A stretch of DNA of 64,000 nt. It comes from Octopus sinensis (lineage: Eukaryota). The notes below the pieces were generated by a model. That model saw only the letters and a list, made by a program, of their open reading frames with translations. It was not told the origin of the DNA and searched no databases. Each line of letters opens with the position of its first letter. Within the stretch, counting starts at the first letter, position 1. Of the stretch, positions 11,822 through 26,118 are shown in pieces. The stretch is from assembly GCF_006345805.1 (NCBI RefSeq), contig NC_043005.1, positions 54,870,001-54,934,000 on the forward strand, in the 5' to 3' direction. The translations under genes were made by a program, and so were the position numbers.

Positions 11822-13154
11822 GCCAAATTACATATTCACAGACATTTACAAGTAATATTTTGATGACTTTCATCTGTTTTCCACTTTATTGCTTTTCTTT
11901 ATTATCTTGTTGACAAGAAACAAAAAGTCATCTACTCTGAGGATATATATTGCCTCTCCTGGCACTTTTACAATGTATTGTTCAATTTAAAAATATAATT
12001 TTATCTTTAGTCAGTACAACCAATGATCATGTAAGTAGTAGCTTGCTAGGAGTTCTCCTTTTTTTTTTTTCAAAAAAAAAAAATGACTTTCTAGCTAATA
12101 TAAATTTATTGAACAGAACATTAATAAGAACCAAAACTTTTTTTAATTTAATAGTAAGTATTTCTATAATTAATAGCTTTCAACTAGCAATAATCACACC
12201 TTGGAAAAGCAAATGATTTATTTAGTAAGCAAGCTTTTCTACTGTCACAAAACCACAAAAATAGTAGCTGAATTATCATCAAATCCCAGCCCACCCCTAT
12301 TTTAAAAAGGAAAGAGGATGTGTATTGAAGATTGGACATCTCCTTATCGATGATAATCCAGTGTTAAATGCATACATAGATCCTTAAACAAAACAGGTTG
12401 ATTACAACCCTCGCTCAAATGCTTTTATTTCTAAGTTTGCTCAAACAGGTCTGATTCGGGGCTAAACAGCAGAAACAACAACAGCAATAACATCAATAAC
12501 TACATCTCAGAAAATTTTCATTGGCTGCTTCACTATACATACAATCACGCTTGGTAGTGTAGTTGTGTTGTGCAGAACCAAATCCAAGCGAAAGTGTTAA
12601 ATTTTGATAAGTTTAAAACATAGAGTGATTGTGAACAACTAAGTTTAATATTGCTTAAGTTTTTCCTAAATATTCATATAAAAATGATTTATGTTGTCTG
12701 ACAAACTGGTACTTGAAAACCCAATATGAAAATGTAGAACACCATCAATCAATGGACTTCAGGGGGAGAAAGAATGTAAAACAAACAGGAAAAAGCAAAA
12801 CTAATAGTTTGTTCTTCCTCAACTCAACATATTACATACAATCATATCATAACTTTCTCATAATATGACATTTATGCAGTTTTTTTACTCTGTAAACTTC
12901 TTGTAATTTTAACACTAGTGTATATTTTGCAGAGTGAATTTATACTTACAAGCACAGGCATAGCCATTCAGTTATTAAATTTGCTTTGCAATCATGAGGT
13001 TTCCAGTTCAGTCTCAATGCATCTTTGGTAACTGTCTTCTGCAGTAGCATTGGGATGACCAATGTTTAACAAAGGAAAGTCTGAAACAGTATTAAAACCC
13101 ATTGTGCATGTGTGTGAGTGTGGATCGTACATATTGGTCTTTTATATGTAAGTA

Positions 13155-13441
13155 CATCATCATCATCATCAACATCATTTAACGTCCGTTCTCCATGCTA
13201 GCATGGGTTGGACGGTTCGACCGGAGATCTGGGAAGCCAGAAGGCTGCACCAGGCTCCAGTTTTATCTGGCAATGTTTCTACAGCTGGATGCCCTTCCTA
13301 ACGCCAACCACTCCATGAGTGTAGTGAGTGCTTTTTACGTGCCACTCGCGCAGGTGCCAGGCAAGGCAGGCAACGGCCACGGTCGGATTGGTGCATTTTA
13401 CGTGCCATCGGCACGGAAGCCAGTCGAGGCGGCGCTGGCAT
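13155..13441 (-). mobile_element. RTE 3'-tail element (family C: truncated LINE or RTE-mobilised SINE)
   Basis: Matches the 3'UTR of the RTE at 32092-32350 (tttaacgtcc..ctagca..ggttggacggttcgacc..gctggatgcccttcctaacgccaaccac) with a (GAT)n tail. Confidence 0.85.
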
Positions 13442-13444
13442 ATG

Positions 13445-14142
13445 ACTCTCTTATTCTTTCATTCTTTCTTTCTTTCTGTTAGCCCCTTCACACTTTGTTC
13501 TTTCCACTCTTCTTTCTTTCGTTTCCCCTCTCTCACATTTCTTGGCTTTCTCTTCATTCTCACCTTCCCTCCTCTTTCACTTCACTCTATCCTTTTTCTT
13601 TTATTCTCATCCATCCCTAATTCTTCTGTCCCTCTACCTCTACCTCTCTTCTCTCTCCCTACATGACCGGTGTTTGGCCAAGCTGGACCTTTCTTTCTTG
13701 ATTTGACTACCATCTGTGCAACATCTATATTCCTCCCCATGTCTGCCATCTCTTATGTCCCTGCTGTAAGGCTTCACTTCCACACATGCCAGCTTAATTT
13801 AATTCGTCCTTAGTCAAAAGACACCTGTTATGTCCTGTTATTTGCATTTGTATTTGTGTACCATTTCTCCCTTTTTATTCCATCCTTGTTTTTGGATACA
13901 TTCACTGCTTTCTTCCAAGGAATCTAATACTCTAAGCTTAGTTTTTCCCTTGGGGCTGGCCAAATTGGAGCCGAAATTGCAATAATAATCTGGAACTCAA
14001 TTGAGGAAAGAAGACTTTGAATGACTAGTCCATGTTTTTTCTTGTCTCTTTTTTTGTATCATCTGTTTGGATGTTTTGTTGTCCCTTTTTTGTATCATCT
14101 TGCTGTCTGGATTTTTGCGTTCTTGTCCATTTTTGCATTCCT
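13445..14142 (+). mobile_element. Interspersed repeat family E (TA-tract-associated), copy 1
   Basis: Collinear with 24830-25252 (ctcttatgtccctgctgtaaggcttcac..aaagacacctgtt..cttggggctggcca..ataatctggaact) and reverse-complement of 14519-15290. Confidence 0.75.
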
Positions 14143-14145
14143 TTA

Positions 14146-14230
<85 letters not shown>

Positions 14231-14465
14231 ATTATTATCATTATTATTACTACATTTATCCTACACTATATTGGCAAAGCTCAGTACAACCACAAAAATC
14301 TGCTATTGCCAGTTGGTATCATTAGGCTGTAGTCAGCATAATAGAATAAGGGCTTTTATATGCATATTCAAAAATATTTTGCATAAATGAACTTAAAGGA
14401 TATATATGTATATATATATATATATTATATATATATATATATATAAAAATATGTATTTGTGTGTA

Positions 14466-14498
<33 letters not shown>

Positions 14499-14518
14499 TT
14501 AATTACAAGGTGTAAAAG

Positions 14519-15290
14519 AGTGTACGTACACCACTATATGTATATATAAATCTCCAAAATGGAACAAGAATGCAACAGACGTCAATAAAACATCTGGACA
14601 GATAGAGAATACAAAGACGGACATGAAAAAAAGAAGGACACGTTATTCACAGCCTTCTGTCATCCGTCAAGTTTCCAGATCATCCTAACAATTTCAGCCA
14701 GTTACACTTGAGACTGTTCAAATGTAGCTGGCACCAAAAATCTAAGCTAAGAGCTTTAAATTTTGGGAGAGAAAGCAAGAGAATGTGTACAACAACAAAA
14801 ACAAAATAAACAGAGAAAATGTTACACAATTACAAATACAGACAACAAGAAAATAACAACAGGTGTCTTTTGACTAATAGAGACAAAGCAAATTGAGCTG
14901 GTGTGTATGGAGTGAAAGCCTTGGGGCAGGAACAGAGATGAAAGTCATGAGACAGGAATCTAAGAGATGCTTTGCAGCCAGCAGTCAAGCCAAAAAAGAA
15001 AGATCATGCTTGGCTGAACACCAGTCTTGTGGAAGGAAAGGAGAGAGGTAGGGGGTAGAGGGATTGAAGAATTAGAGGAAGAATGAGAAAGAGAGGAAAT
15101 CAAAGGGACATAGAGAAAGGTACAATGGAGATAAACGAGGAGGGAAAGTGGAGGGATTAAAGAAGGAGAAGGCCAAGAATTTTGAGAGAGGGGGAATAAG
15201 AAAAAGAATAGAGAAAATTAAAAAAAAGTATGAGGGGACTAAAAGAAAGAGGAAAAGAGTCGTACAGAATTGAGATACATACTTACAAGG
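14519..15290 (-). mobile_element. Family E copy 2 (inverted relative to copy 1)
   Basis: aacaggtgtcttttgactaa, ctaagctaagag and agtgtacgtacaccactatatg are reverse complements of motifs in the other two copies. Confidence 0.7.
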
Positions 15291-15494
15291 TGAGCAAAAT
15301 TGTACATATGCCGCTGTATGTATATAAATCATCGTCATCATCATCATTTAATGTCCATGTTCCATATTAACTATTCGAGACACAAATAGCTTTTCTAATG
15401 AATATTAATTAGCACATCCGGCCTACATCTCAAGACATTTATTGCAGATTAAAGCATTCTAAACAACACGTCCAACTTCAGTTGAATATGCTGG

Positions 15495-15537
<43 letters not shown>

Positions 15538-15925
15538 CTCAAGCAAGACACTTCATTTCATGTTAGTGCATCCAGCTGGCCAAAATGAGTAGTACCTGTA
15601 TTTCAAATGGCCAGCTTTGTCAAATTATGTCTCACACTGAATCTCCCTGAGAGCTACATTAAGGGTATGCATGACAATGGAGTACTCAGCCCCGTACATA
15701 TTAATTTCACAAGTGGGCTGTTTCATTGGTCAGAACAACTAGAACATTCATCATTGTAACTCATAGGGTGCTGGTATATGCATGCATATACATACATATA
15801 TATATATATATATAAGGTTAATCCAAACAAGAAAACACAGAAAATAACACAGAAAAAAACACAGCAACGCGAGGACGTGGAACAATTAAAGTATTATTTG
15901 ACGCTCAGGAAAGAAGGGAAGGAGG

Positions 15926-15960
15926 GTTTAACATTTCGAGCGGAGCTCTTCGTTGGAAAC
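15926..15960 (-). ncRNA. Degenerate minimal hammerhead-like motif in a TA-flanked ~190-bp element
   Basis: gttt-CCAACGA-a-gagc-tcc-gctc-GAAAT-GTT-aaac; stems intact, core altered. Confidence 0.4.
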
Positions 15961-16061
15961 AAGGAGAAGGAAAGATCCCGAGAAGGGAAGACAGAGATAT
16001 ATATATAAACAAGCAGAGATACCAGGCATTGCTCGGGATTAAAATGATATAGTTCGTATAC

Positions 16062-16114
<53 letters not shown>

Positions 16115-16207
16115 GAGAGAAAGTTTACGAAAAAAAACAAAAGATGAAGACAGCTGGTGTACAAAACAAACAGATGTATTTGTATAACGCTCAGGAATAG
16201 AAAAAGT

Positions 16208-16243
16208 CTTTTACGTTTCGAGCTTACGCTCTTCTACAGAAAG
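16208..16243 (-). ncRNA. Minimal hammerhead-like motif (family F element)
   Basis: cttt-CTGTAGA-a-gagc-gtaa-gctc-GAAA-cg-TA-aaag; palindromic ACGT stem III; A6 replaced by U. Confidence 0.55.
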
Positions 16244-16305
16244 GTACACAGAAAAAACAAGGAGAGAAAAAAATCTGTGTAGTGGCTAACGATCTATTAT
16301 GGCGT

Positions 16306-16354
<49 letters not shown>

Positions 16355-17149
16355 CAGTTATGTTGAAACAGGTGATACAGGAAAGGGCAGCATTGATGAC
16401 AAAACATTTGTAAAGTAAATGCTGATCTAATTCAACTAAGCAGCATGTATTATGTCCATTTCGAGGATTCCATGCCCTAACCTATCAGGAAAAATTGGGA
16501 GTGGTGGAGTATGTACTTTCTGATCTCACTGAAAAGCTATCAGGGGATATACTCGCCTTTGAGGTGGTCAGTACTGTGTCTAACATGGCCCATCGTCTGG
16601 TTGACAGTCAACTGAATGAAGGTGTAATGGAAATATTGTATGTAAATGGGAACATTCTGGAAATGGGCTGTAATGTGAGATGGCAACAGGGAAGTGAACT
16701 GTTGAAATGTTGCAGAAGGCAGATTGCTGGTGTGGCTGTAGAATAAGAAACATAAAATGAACCTATGCAGTCACTTGAGAATATGTAGTAATGAATTACT
16801 TGAAAAAATAAGGCATAATTGCTTACTGCATAGTATGTATATAGTATGTGTGTATTTTTGTGTGCAGAGTAACTTAATGAAATACAGGCAAATGAACGAA
16901 ATAGAAGCGCATGTATGGAACTGCTAATTTAACAGTAAATGCCACAATAATTATCACAGTGAGACAAAGAATTATATTTACATAGGATAAATTTCTTGAT
17001 ATAAGGGTAAATATGCAATTGTAAATAGTTTGCAACGTTGCGATTGCTGTAATAATTATTAACTGGTACTGGAACAGTAAATGTGTATTTTTAGAAATAC
17101 CCTGGACCTTGCTGCCTCATAGTTTTTTTTTTTTCAAGAGTTTCACCTC

Positions 17150-17960
17150 TGGAACTCACAAACATACTTGTCAGTATCACATATGTATATGTATGTGTAG
17201 ATGTGTGTGCGTGTTTAATAAAGTACATAATGTGGAAACAAATGTACTCATAGACACATACACACTCATGCACTCACAGACAGGTATACACTCATACACA
17301 AAATGTGATGTCATTGTCGTCGTGGTATAAAATGTCCTATTGATAATAGAAAGATTATCTCTATGAAATGTATTGTTTTTATCAAAATGAAAATAAAATT
17401 TCGTATTGACACTGACCAGCTCTCACATACATATAGTAAGATAGACACATAGACATACATTCACGCATGTCAGACGCCACATATGTATATGTGTGTAGAT
17501 GTGTGTGTTTAATAACGTACCGTTACATATGTATATTTATGTGTAGATGTGTGTGTAATAACATACCTAATACAGAAAGACACACACACTGACAGATATA
17601 CAGACATATACAAAATGTGATGTCGTTGTTGTAGTATAAAATGTCCTGTTGACAATAGAAATACTATCTCTATGAAATGTTATATTGTTTTAATCAAAGT
17701 GAAAATAATGGAAATGTAAATAAATTTCGTATTGACACTGACCAGCCCTCACATACATATAGTGTGCTTAATAACACACCTAATGTAGAAAGACACACAC
17801 ACTGTGAGACATATACACACTCACACACATATATTCACAGACAAATAAACAGTCAAATGCAAAATGTGACATGGTCGTCGTCAGTCGTCACATACGCATA
17901 TGTATGTGTAGATGTGTGTGGATAATAATGTACCTATCATGGTATAAAATGTCCTGTTGA
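17150..17960. repeat. Imperfect tandem ~300-bp units, with a further partial copy at ~18568-18697
   Basis: aaaatgtcct.ttga.aatagaaa..aaatttcgtattgacactgaccagc..cacataca recurs at ~17330, ~17639 and ~18600; lies downstream of the Penelope RT relic. Confidence 0.75.
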
Positions 17961-18009
17961 CAAGAACATACAAAACTATTAGTTTCACTTCAACATTTAA
18001 ATTTCATTT

Positions 18010-18060
18010 GTGTCAAAATATTTTCGTCGCTTTGAAACTGCGAACTGTTCACTGACAAAA
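18010..18060 (-). ncRNA. Second, non-palindromic copy of the G3-C8 hammerhead-like motif
   Basis: Reverse complement tgtca-GTGAACA-gt-tcgc-agtttcaaa-gcga-c-GAAA-atat-TT-tgaca; loop differs from 10977-11026 while stems persist. Confidence 0.45.
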
Positions 18061-18699
18061 CTTCGTGCTGCATCTGAAAAAACAACAGTTATTTCATGAT
18101 TATATGTGTTTATGTATGTATGTATGTATGTATGTATGTATGTATGTATGTATGTATATATGTATGCATGCATGTATGTATATATGTATGCATGCATGTA
18201 TGTATGTATGTATGTATGTATGTATGTATGTATGTATGTATGTATGTATGTATGTATGTATGTATGTATGTATGGGTGGATGGATGTATGCATGATTGTA
18301 TGTATGTGTAAATACGTATGCATATACACATATACGTATGTATGTATGCATCTAGGTACGTATGTATATATGTATGTAAGCATGTAGACATGTCTGCGTG
18401 AGTATATATGTGTATGTACATGTAAATGTATATTTATGTACTGACATGTGTGTGTTCAAGATGTATATATAACTGTTACTCCGTTGAAGGTTGTATATAT
18501 ATTTATGTTCTGAGCACACAATCTCAAACCAAGTTACTTGTTATGCAAGTACATCTTCGTAAATATAAAGATTATCTACGAAATGTTATATTGCTTTAAT
18601 CAAAATGAAAATAAAATTTCGTATTGACACTGACCAGCCTTCACATACATGTAGTATGTTTAATAATATACCTAACGCGGAAAGGCACACACACTGTAT

Positions 18700-19393
18700 T
18701 TTTGAATCTATGGGTTTCGTGTAATAGGAGTGGAGGATCTGCACTCTGTTGTTCACTGTCTCTAACCAAATTTCAGTATCAAGGACGGGGAGTCTATTGT
18801 TGGGGTTCCAAATGGGGTAATCTATAGTTACCTTGATACTTTGGTTGATGGAGTTAGCTACTTGCTGGATAGTTTCCATTATATTCCTATCAGTTTCTAC
18901 ATTACCGTTACTAGAGTTAGTCTTAACTAGGATGTGGACTATTCTGCTAAAAATTGCTGAAGTTTTCTGTCCCACCAGGTTATGAAGGGGCCGGCCACAT
19001 CTTCAGTTACACCGACACCAATCACTGCACCTTGAACCTGCATGTATAGTTTCTTGTTAAACTTTACTATGTAGTTCTTCAAGGTTTTTCCCACACAAGC
19101 CCCTAATGCATGTATAATCATTCCTTTCACCTGATTGTTGTTCTCAGAATCTTGGGTCGGTACGGTCCAGCCACTCCAATGTTCTGCGGTGCTTTTCTTC
19201 ACAGCTGAAGTGATGGTGGGTGGTCTTCCCATCTGAGACCTGGTGGGGCAGGATCTATCAAGGCCATGGTAGTCTAAATAGTCACTGTCGTAGCTTTGTG
19301 TAGGGAGAAGGTCCAGTTCCCTCATGTTGGCTTCACAGAACTCTACTTCACTCTCACAGATTATCTCAATGCATTTCTCCACAGTAAAATCTC
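18700..19393 (-). pseudogene. Penelope-like element reverse transcriptase relic
   Basis: KFNKKLYMQVQGAVIGVG..A..ITWWD and IQQVANSINQSIKVTIDYP..NNRLPVLDTEIW..ILHSYYTKP are typical of PLE RT palm/thumb; frameshifted, catalytic YxDD region apparently deleted. Confidence 0.75.
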
Positions 19394-19396
19394 TCA

Positions 19397-19483
<87 letters not shown>

Positions 19484-19484
19484 C

Positions 19485-19515
<31 letters not shown>

Positions 19516-19522
19516 ATACATA

Positions 19523-19601
<79 letters not shown>

Positions 19602-20347
19602 TATATATATGCATATATATATATATATGCATATATATACATTCAAACACATGCACATGTGTTTGTAAGTATATATGTGTGTGTGTATATATGTAAGCAT
19701 CTCTGTACATACACACACACACACATGCCTATTTTTTCTTGCCCCTCTCTGTTACCCTGTTTTTTATTTATACCTCGTTCATTTATTTCTTCCTCTCATT
19801 TCTTTTCTTCCTTCTAAATCAGATGCAACGAAAAAAAAACATGCTTTTCTCTTTCTTATCTAAAAAAAAAAAAAATTATTTAATTTCTAAAAGAAAAAAA
19901 TTAACAAAAATAGCAATAAAGCAAGAAAAAAAAGGAAGAAAGAATATCGATAAAAAAAATTTCACACAAAGAACATGAAAATACAAAAATACAGCCAGGA
20001 TTTTTTTATCTGTATTTTTTCCTGCTTTTATTTAGTCTTTTTTTTTTTACTATGAGATATTTTCTAGTTGCACATTAGTTTTCCATTTGAAGCTATTTAC
20101 TCCGCTCTCCCTCCATGGATATTTTTACCTGTTGAAGAACTACCAAAATGCTATGTCTGACTGAAGTACCAACTGGTGCTGCTAATTATATTGGCATCCA
20201 CAACTATAGTGATTTCAGAAAATACTTTATTTATACATGAGTCATCCATTTACTGATTTCCTTACTACAAAATAATTACAGTTATTTCCATCATGAACAA
20301 AGAAAAAAAAAAGATCTCTCTGTTGCTTTTTGAGTGTGTGTGTGTGT

Positions 20348-20399
<52 letters not shown>

Positions 20400-20694
20400 A
20401 TTCATGCAAGTGTGTGTGAATGTGTGTGAGTGTGTGAATGTGGGTGGATGTGTGGGTGTGTGCACATGGGTGTGTGCACATGTGTGTGTGTATGCATGTG
20501 TATGAGTACATGAGTGTGTGCGTGTATTGTGTGTGTGAATGTGTGTGTGTGAATATGTGTGTGTGTGTGTACTATAAAGTCTTTGTACAAACTATATAAG
20601 TTCTTACTACAATCGTTCCTGTTTGAGTCTGTGTTTCTATATCACTATATATTTGTGTATATATTTGTATGCATATGTATCACTAAACATTTGG

Positions 20695-20886
20695 TTTCAT
20701 GCTGGTGGCATGTAAAAAAGCACCCATTACACTCTTGGAGTTGTTGGCATTAGGAAGGGCATCCAGCCATAGAAACCATACCAAATCAGATTGGAACCTG
20801 ATGCAGGTCTCCATCTCAACAGTTTCAATCCAACCATCTAAAATATTCCAGCATGGAAAGTCGATGCTAAATAATGATGATGATGA
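20695..20886 (+). mobile_element. RTE 3'-tail element (family C)
   Basis: gttggcattaggaagggcatccagcc..cagcatggaaag..taatgatgatgatgat. Confidence 0.8.
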
Positions 20887-21036
20887 TATATATGTATAGC
20901 TGTATATATATGTGTATGCATGTTTGTGATGTATGTGTGCCTTTCTTTCTCTCTGTCTATATGTATATATAGACATGTTCGACCGCTAAACTCTACAAAT
21001 CTTTTTCATTCTCTCTCTGTTTATTTCTTCTTAGTC

Positions 21037-21072
21037 CTTTCTGTTGAAGAGCATAGGCTCAAAACATGAAAG
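21037..21072 (+). ncRNA. Decayed family F hammerhead-like motif
   Basis: cttt-CTGTTGA-a-gagc-atag-gctc-AAAA-ca-TG-aaag (G12>A and other transitions); host element ~20975-21160 lies between TA-rich tracts. Confidence 0.4.
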
Positions 21073-21159
21073 ACTTTTTACATTTTCCCGACCATCAAAC
21101 AAATACATTTGCTTGTTGTTCATACATCTGTCTTCATCTTTTGTTTTTCTATAAATTTC

Positions 21160-21193
<34 letters not shown>

Positions 21194-21257
21194 ATTTTTT
21201 GCATAATGAGATAAAAACCAAGACTGTGTAGATATTAGAACATTTATAGATAGAAAG

Positions 21258-21307
21258 TCTTACAGCTGTTTCCAGGATATTTATTAATTATATCCCTTCA
21301 TCAGAGA
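21258..21307 (-). ncRNA. Type I hammerhead ribozyme-like motif, canonical core
   Basis: tct-CTGATGA-a-gggatat-aattaataa-atatcct-g-GAAAC-agct-GTA-aga; GUA cleavage triplet; palindromic stem III. Confidence 0.75.
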
Positions 21308-22328
21308 TGGTGTGAGAGGATGGTTAATTTAGATAGGATACAAAATAGATAGTGAGCTGGAGGAAAGAAAATAGATGTGAGATATGTAGGGATATTGAAT
21401 TTGTAGTTCCATTTTTTGGGCAGAATGGTATATATGTAAGATTCCAATACCTTATGAGAAAAACCCAACAGTATTTAAAATTGTTCATTCATATATATTC
21501 ATATATATATTGTTAAAATTGTTCATTCATTATATATATAATAGACTTGTAGGGGACCAAGCAACCACTTCAGTGTTGGTGCCATAATAAAGTACACCCA
21601 GTACACTTTGTAAAATGGCTTGGCACTTGAACAGAGAGAATAAAGGGTACAAAGAACATTTTTAGTGGCATCAAAGACACACCAACATCTCTAGTGCAGA
21701 TGCTGCAATAAAATGGTTGACCCCAGGCTAACCGATGTTTCATGAGTGAATTTAACAGAAGAAAACTGCAGGATGTCTATTGTATGTGTATATATATGTG
21801 AAAAAGTGTGCTTGAATGTTGATATTCCAAGCTTCTGACTGCTTAAGTAAAACAGTGATAACATTGACATTTCTTGTTGATATTATGATCAATCACTCTG
21901 TGCTTCACAGCTCCTACTTGAATAATGATTAAGGATTGGTGATAGGAAACTGATCTTAAAATCTTGCCTCAAATAATTCCCCCTGAACCCTATGCTAGCA
22001 TGAAGATGCATATGTTGAGACAAATGAACAACTCAGTATATATTTGAAAATGCTTTTTTCTCTTCCCCCTTTGTCATTTACATGTAGTTATTGTCTGGTT
22101 CTTTGCTGCCATCATAGTGCTAAATTTCTGTGTTTTTACTTATGCTGCTCCTCTTCTTGATAATCATTGAAAGCTTTCTAATATCCAGTCTTTCTCTTTA
22201 TTTCTCTCTCACTGTCTCTCTCTCTCTCTTTCTCTCCATGCATATATGCACACACACACACACACACACATTCAGATACACACAAACACAGACACACACA
22301 CACATTCATACAGACACACACACACAAA

Positions 22329-22359
<31 letters not shown>

Positions 22360-22404
22360 GTTTTACTCCAATAACATATATATATGTGTGTGTGTGTTTG
22401 CTCC

Positions 22405-22486
<82 letters not shown>

Positions 22487-23047
22487 CACATATATATAAG
22501 TATATATATATATGTACACATATATAGATAGATACACACACCAACTCACACACACACAAAAATACACATACACACACATCATTATCTATGTCTCTTTAGC
22601 AAGATATCAAGGTAACAGTTTTAGCAGACAACTTGACTAATGTAGAGTTATTGCTGACTGTGCTGGTATGCACATCAGCTTCCGAAATTGATATCTCAAC
22701 TGATTTTAATATAAGAGAGAAGTCAAATCTTTTTGAATACAAGTTCAAATTACATTAATCTTCCCTATAGTATTAATACATTACTAATACTGAGTGCATA
22801 TCACTAGCACGGGGCATAAGATACCAGATTCCTATAAAAGTATTGGAAGACAGTGTCATTTCTTTTAAGAAGGATAAATTTTCAAGAGAAATTTAATAGT
22901 GTTGTTATAAACTGAAAAATGCCTTCATTATGAACAATTCTGGACAAATTATAATTACTTTACAGCTTGGGCAGTTCTGGATATTCAGAAAGCACACTAA
23001 CACACACACACACATACACACATACACACGCACACATACAAACACAC

Positions 23048-23079
<32 letters not shown>

Positions 23080-23364
23080 GCACACACACACACACTCACA
23101 CACATACATTTGTTTACTAAGATATATATATATATTATTACTAAGATATTATATATATAGCGGACGCTAAATGATGATGATATTATTTTATTCTTTTCCT
23201 TGTTTCAGTCATTTTACTGCAGCCATACCGGAGCACCACACACACACACACACATAAACACATACACACACACACTCACAAATACACACTCACAAATACA
23301 CACACACACTCATACATATCAAAACAGGAGATTGGAAAATTTTTTTGGTATTATTTATATGCCA

Positions 23365-23760
23365 CTAGCAGTATCGCCCGGCGTTGCTTGGGTTTGTAAG
23401 GGAAATAACTATATAAGCATTTTAAGAGAGTTATAGCCAAATAATAGCAAAAAAATGCATTAAAAATGGAAAAAAAATTATGGTAATTTTTTTTTAAATC
23501 GTTGACTCATCGTAGACATTTTTAGAGAGTTACTTCCCTTATATAATATCGAAAAAATGCATTAAAATGGAAAAAAATGATGGTAAATTTTTTTTTAAAT
23601 CGTAGACTCATCGTAGACGCGCGCTAATACCCAGAAGGGCTCGATATGAATCACGACTATAAGATACCCGCTTTGGTTAAACTGCACCGTAAAATGTGGG
23701 AGTAGTTAGGAATCTAAATCGTAGGAGACAGACACACAACCTTACTTTTATATATAAAGA
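23365..23760 (-). mobile_element. Non-autonomous Helitron
   Basis: On the minus strand A|TC...hairpin cccaagcaacgccggg...CTAG|T; highly similar to 27436-27833. Confidence 0.85.
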
Positions 23761-23880
23761 TTACAAATGTTTCATTTGCTAATAGGAGTTAAAAAATTGT
23801 ACACGTAGGCTATACATGTGAAAAATTTCCCATTAGAAATTCTTCAAGCAGAGAATCAAATAAAAATGTACCATTTGATT

Positions 23881-24210
23881 CATCATCATCATCATTATCC
23901 TTTAACGTCTGCTTTCCATGCTAGCATGTGTTGGACGATTTGACTGGGGACTGGCAAACCAGATGGCTGCTCCTGGCAATGGCCACGCTCAAATGGTGTT
24001 TTTTACATGCCACCTGCACAGGAGCCAGTTCAGAGGCACTGAAAACGACCTCACTCGAAGGTTTTTTCATGTGCCAGTAAGGCAACGCTGGTAACAATCA
24101 CACTCGAATGGTGCTTTTTACATGCCACCGGCACAGAAGCCAGTTAGCTGCTATGGCAACGATCATGCTTGGATGGTACTATTAGTGCTCCACTAGCACA
24201 GATGCTAGTC
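23881..24210 (-). mobile_element. RTE 3'-tail element (family C) with internal repeats
   Basis: (CAT)n-tttaacgtctgctttccatgctagcatg.. followed by repeated ggtgcttttttacatgccacc units. Confidence 0.75.
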
Positions 24211-24528
24211 ATCAAATTTGATTTTGATTTTGATTCCGATTCTCTGATGAATTTCTAATAAGAGATATGTTAAATGTTTTCTACATGTACAATTTTGTAA
24301 CTCTTATTAGCAAATGAAACACATGTAATGATGAACAAATAATACAAAAAATTTTCCAATCTCTTGTTTTGTCATTATTTGGTTTACAGAAAATATTTTC
24401 AAGTATTCTCAACTCTTTTGCATACTTCAAAGAAATATAAGATCTCTTTATAGATTTGGAATACTGAAATAAGCAGATATGTTTCAAGAGGACAGAGTTT
24501 TGGTTTTAAACCTATCTACATAATATAT

Positions 24529-24562
<34 letters not shown>

Positions 24563-24611
24563 TTATATGCATGTACGTACGTATGTATATACACACACAC
24601 ATATAGACATG

Positions 24612-24683
<72 letters not shown>

Positions 24684-24829
24684 TATATTGGACAATTGTC
24701 TTCTAATGTAGCCCTTGGTCAATTAAAGCCATGAGAGTGGATTCGGTTGACAGAAACTGAAAGAAGCCTACTGTGAGTGTATGCACGAGTGTGGTGTGTC
24801 TGTCTGTCTGTCTGCTTGTGTATTCCTCC

Positions 24830-25252
24830 TCATGCCTGTCATCTCTTATGTCCCTGCTGTAAGGCTTCACCTCCACACACGCCAACTTAATTTAATTCAT
24901 CCTTACTCGAAAGACATCTGTTGTTAATGTCCGTTATTTTCATTTGTATTTGTGTACCATTTCTCCGTTTGTTTCCATCCTTGTTTTCGTATACAATCGC
25001 TGCTTTCTTCCAAGGAAGCTAGTGTTCTTAGCTTAGCTTTTCCTTGGGGCTGGCCAGATTGGAGAAATCTTGAGTATAACCAGCCAAAATTGCAAAGATA
25101 ATCTGGAACTTGACTGAGGAAAGAAAACTCCAAATGACCTGTCCTTGTTTTTCTTGTCCCTTTTTTGTATCATCTGTCTGAATGTTTTGCGTTCTTGTCC
25201 CATTATTTGTATTTTTTTATATACATATAGTGGCGTACGTACACTTTGGTTT
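24830..25252 (+). mobile_element. Family E copy 3
   Basis: Collinear with 13738-14142. Confidence 0.75.
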
Positions 25253-25255
25253 CTA

Positions 25256-25288
<33 letters not shown>

Positions 25289-26048
25289 CATGCGCGCGCG
25301 CACACATACATATACATACACATATATTCATGTATATGTAGATATATGTATATCTACATGTCTCTATTTATTCATGCACAGACACTCTAACACAGATAAA
25401 TACACACACACATATATGTATATACATGTGTGTCTGTCTGTCTGTCTGTGTGTCTGTCTGTCTGTCTGTGTTTCTGTATGTGTTTATGTTGTTTGTCTGT
25501 GTGTGTCTGTGTTTGTGTGTCTCTGTGTGTGTATGTCTGTGTCATGTCTGTGTATGTGTGTGTGCATGCGTGTATGTGTGCGTGTATGTGTGGGAGTATG
25601 TGTGTGTGTTTGTGTGTAATTCAAGTGTTCAAATAATTCTCATATATATATTGAAAATTATTATATTATGTAAAAGAATTTTTGCAAGTGTTTCATAAGA
25701 ATGAAAAATATCAAGCTCAGAGCTGCTAATTAACTGAAATGGAGGGGCACTCAAAACTAAAATCTAATTAACTAGAAATAATATATCTACCAGCCATAGT
25801 GAATCTCTAGACAATACGATTGTCAGTCAACCAAACACCAGCATGTACTTAAAGACTTCATCAGTGAATAATTTGTATAGAATTTTCAAGTTGTGTGTAT
25901 GGTTGTTTGTACACAACCTGAATTATCGATACTGTGCCGAAAAAGCACCTACAAAATGGAATATGCACTCGTAAACAATTTACAGAGCAAAACGAATTGC
26001 TAAAGGGTTTGAGTTAGTATAAGTCAACAAGGAACTTGCAAAAGTTGT

Positions 26049-26118
<70 letters not shown>

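Noticed and set aside
25110-25148. Hammerhead-like remnant in family E (gactgaggaaagaaaactccaaatgacc)
   Set aside because: Core and stems cannot be reconstructed from the copies in this window.
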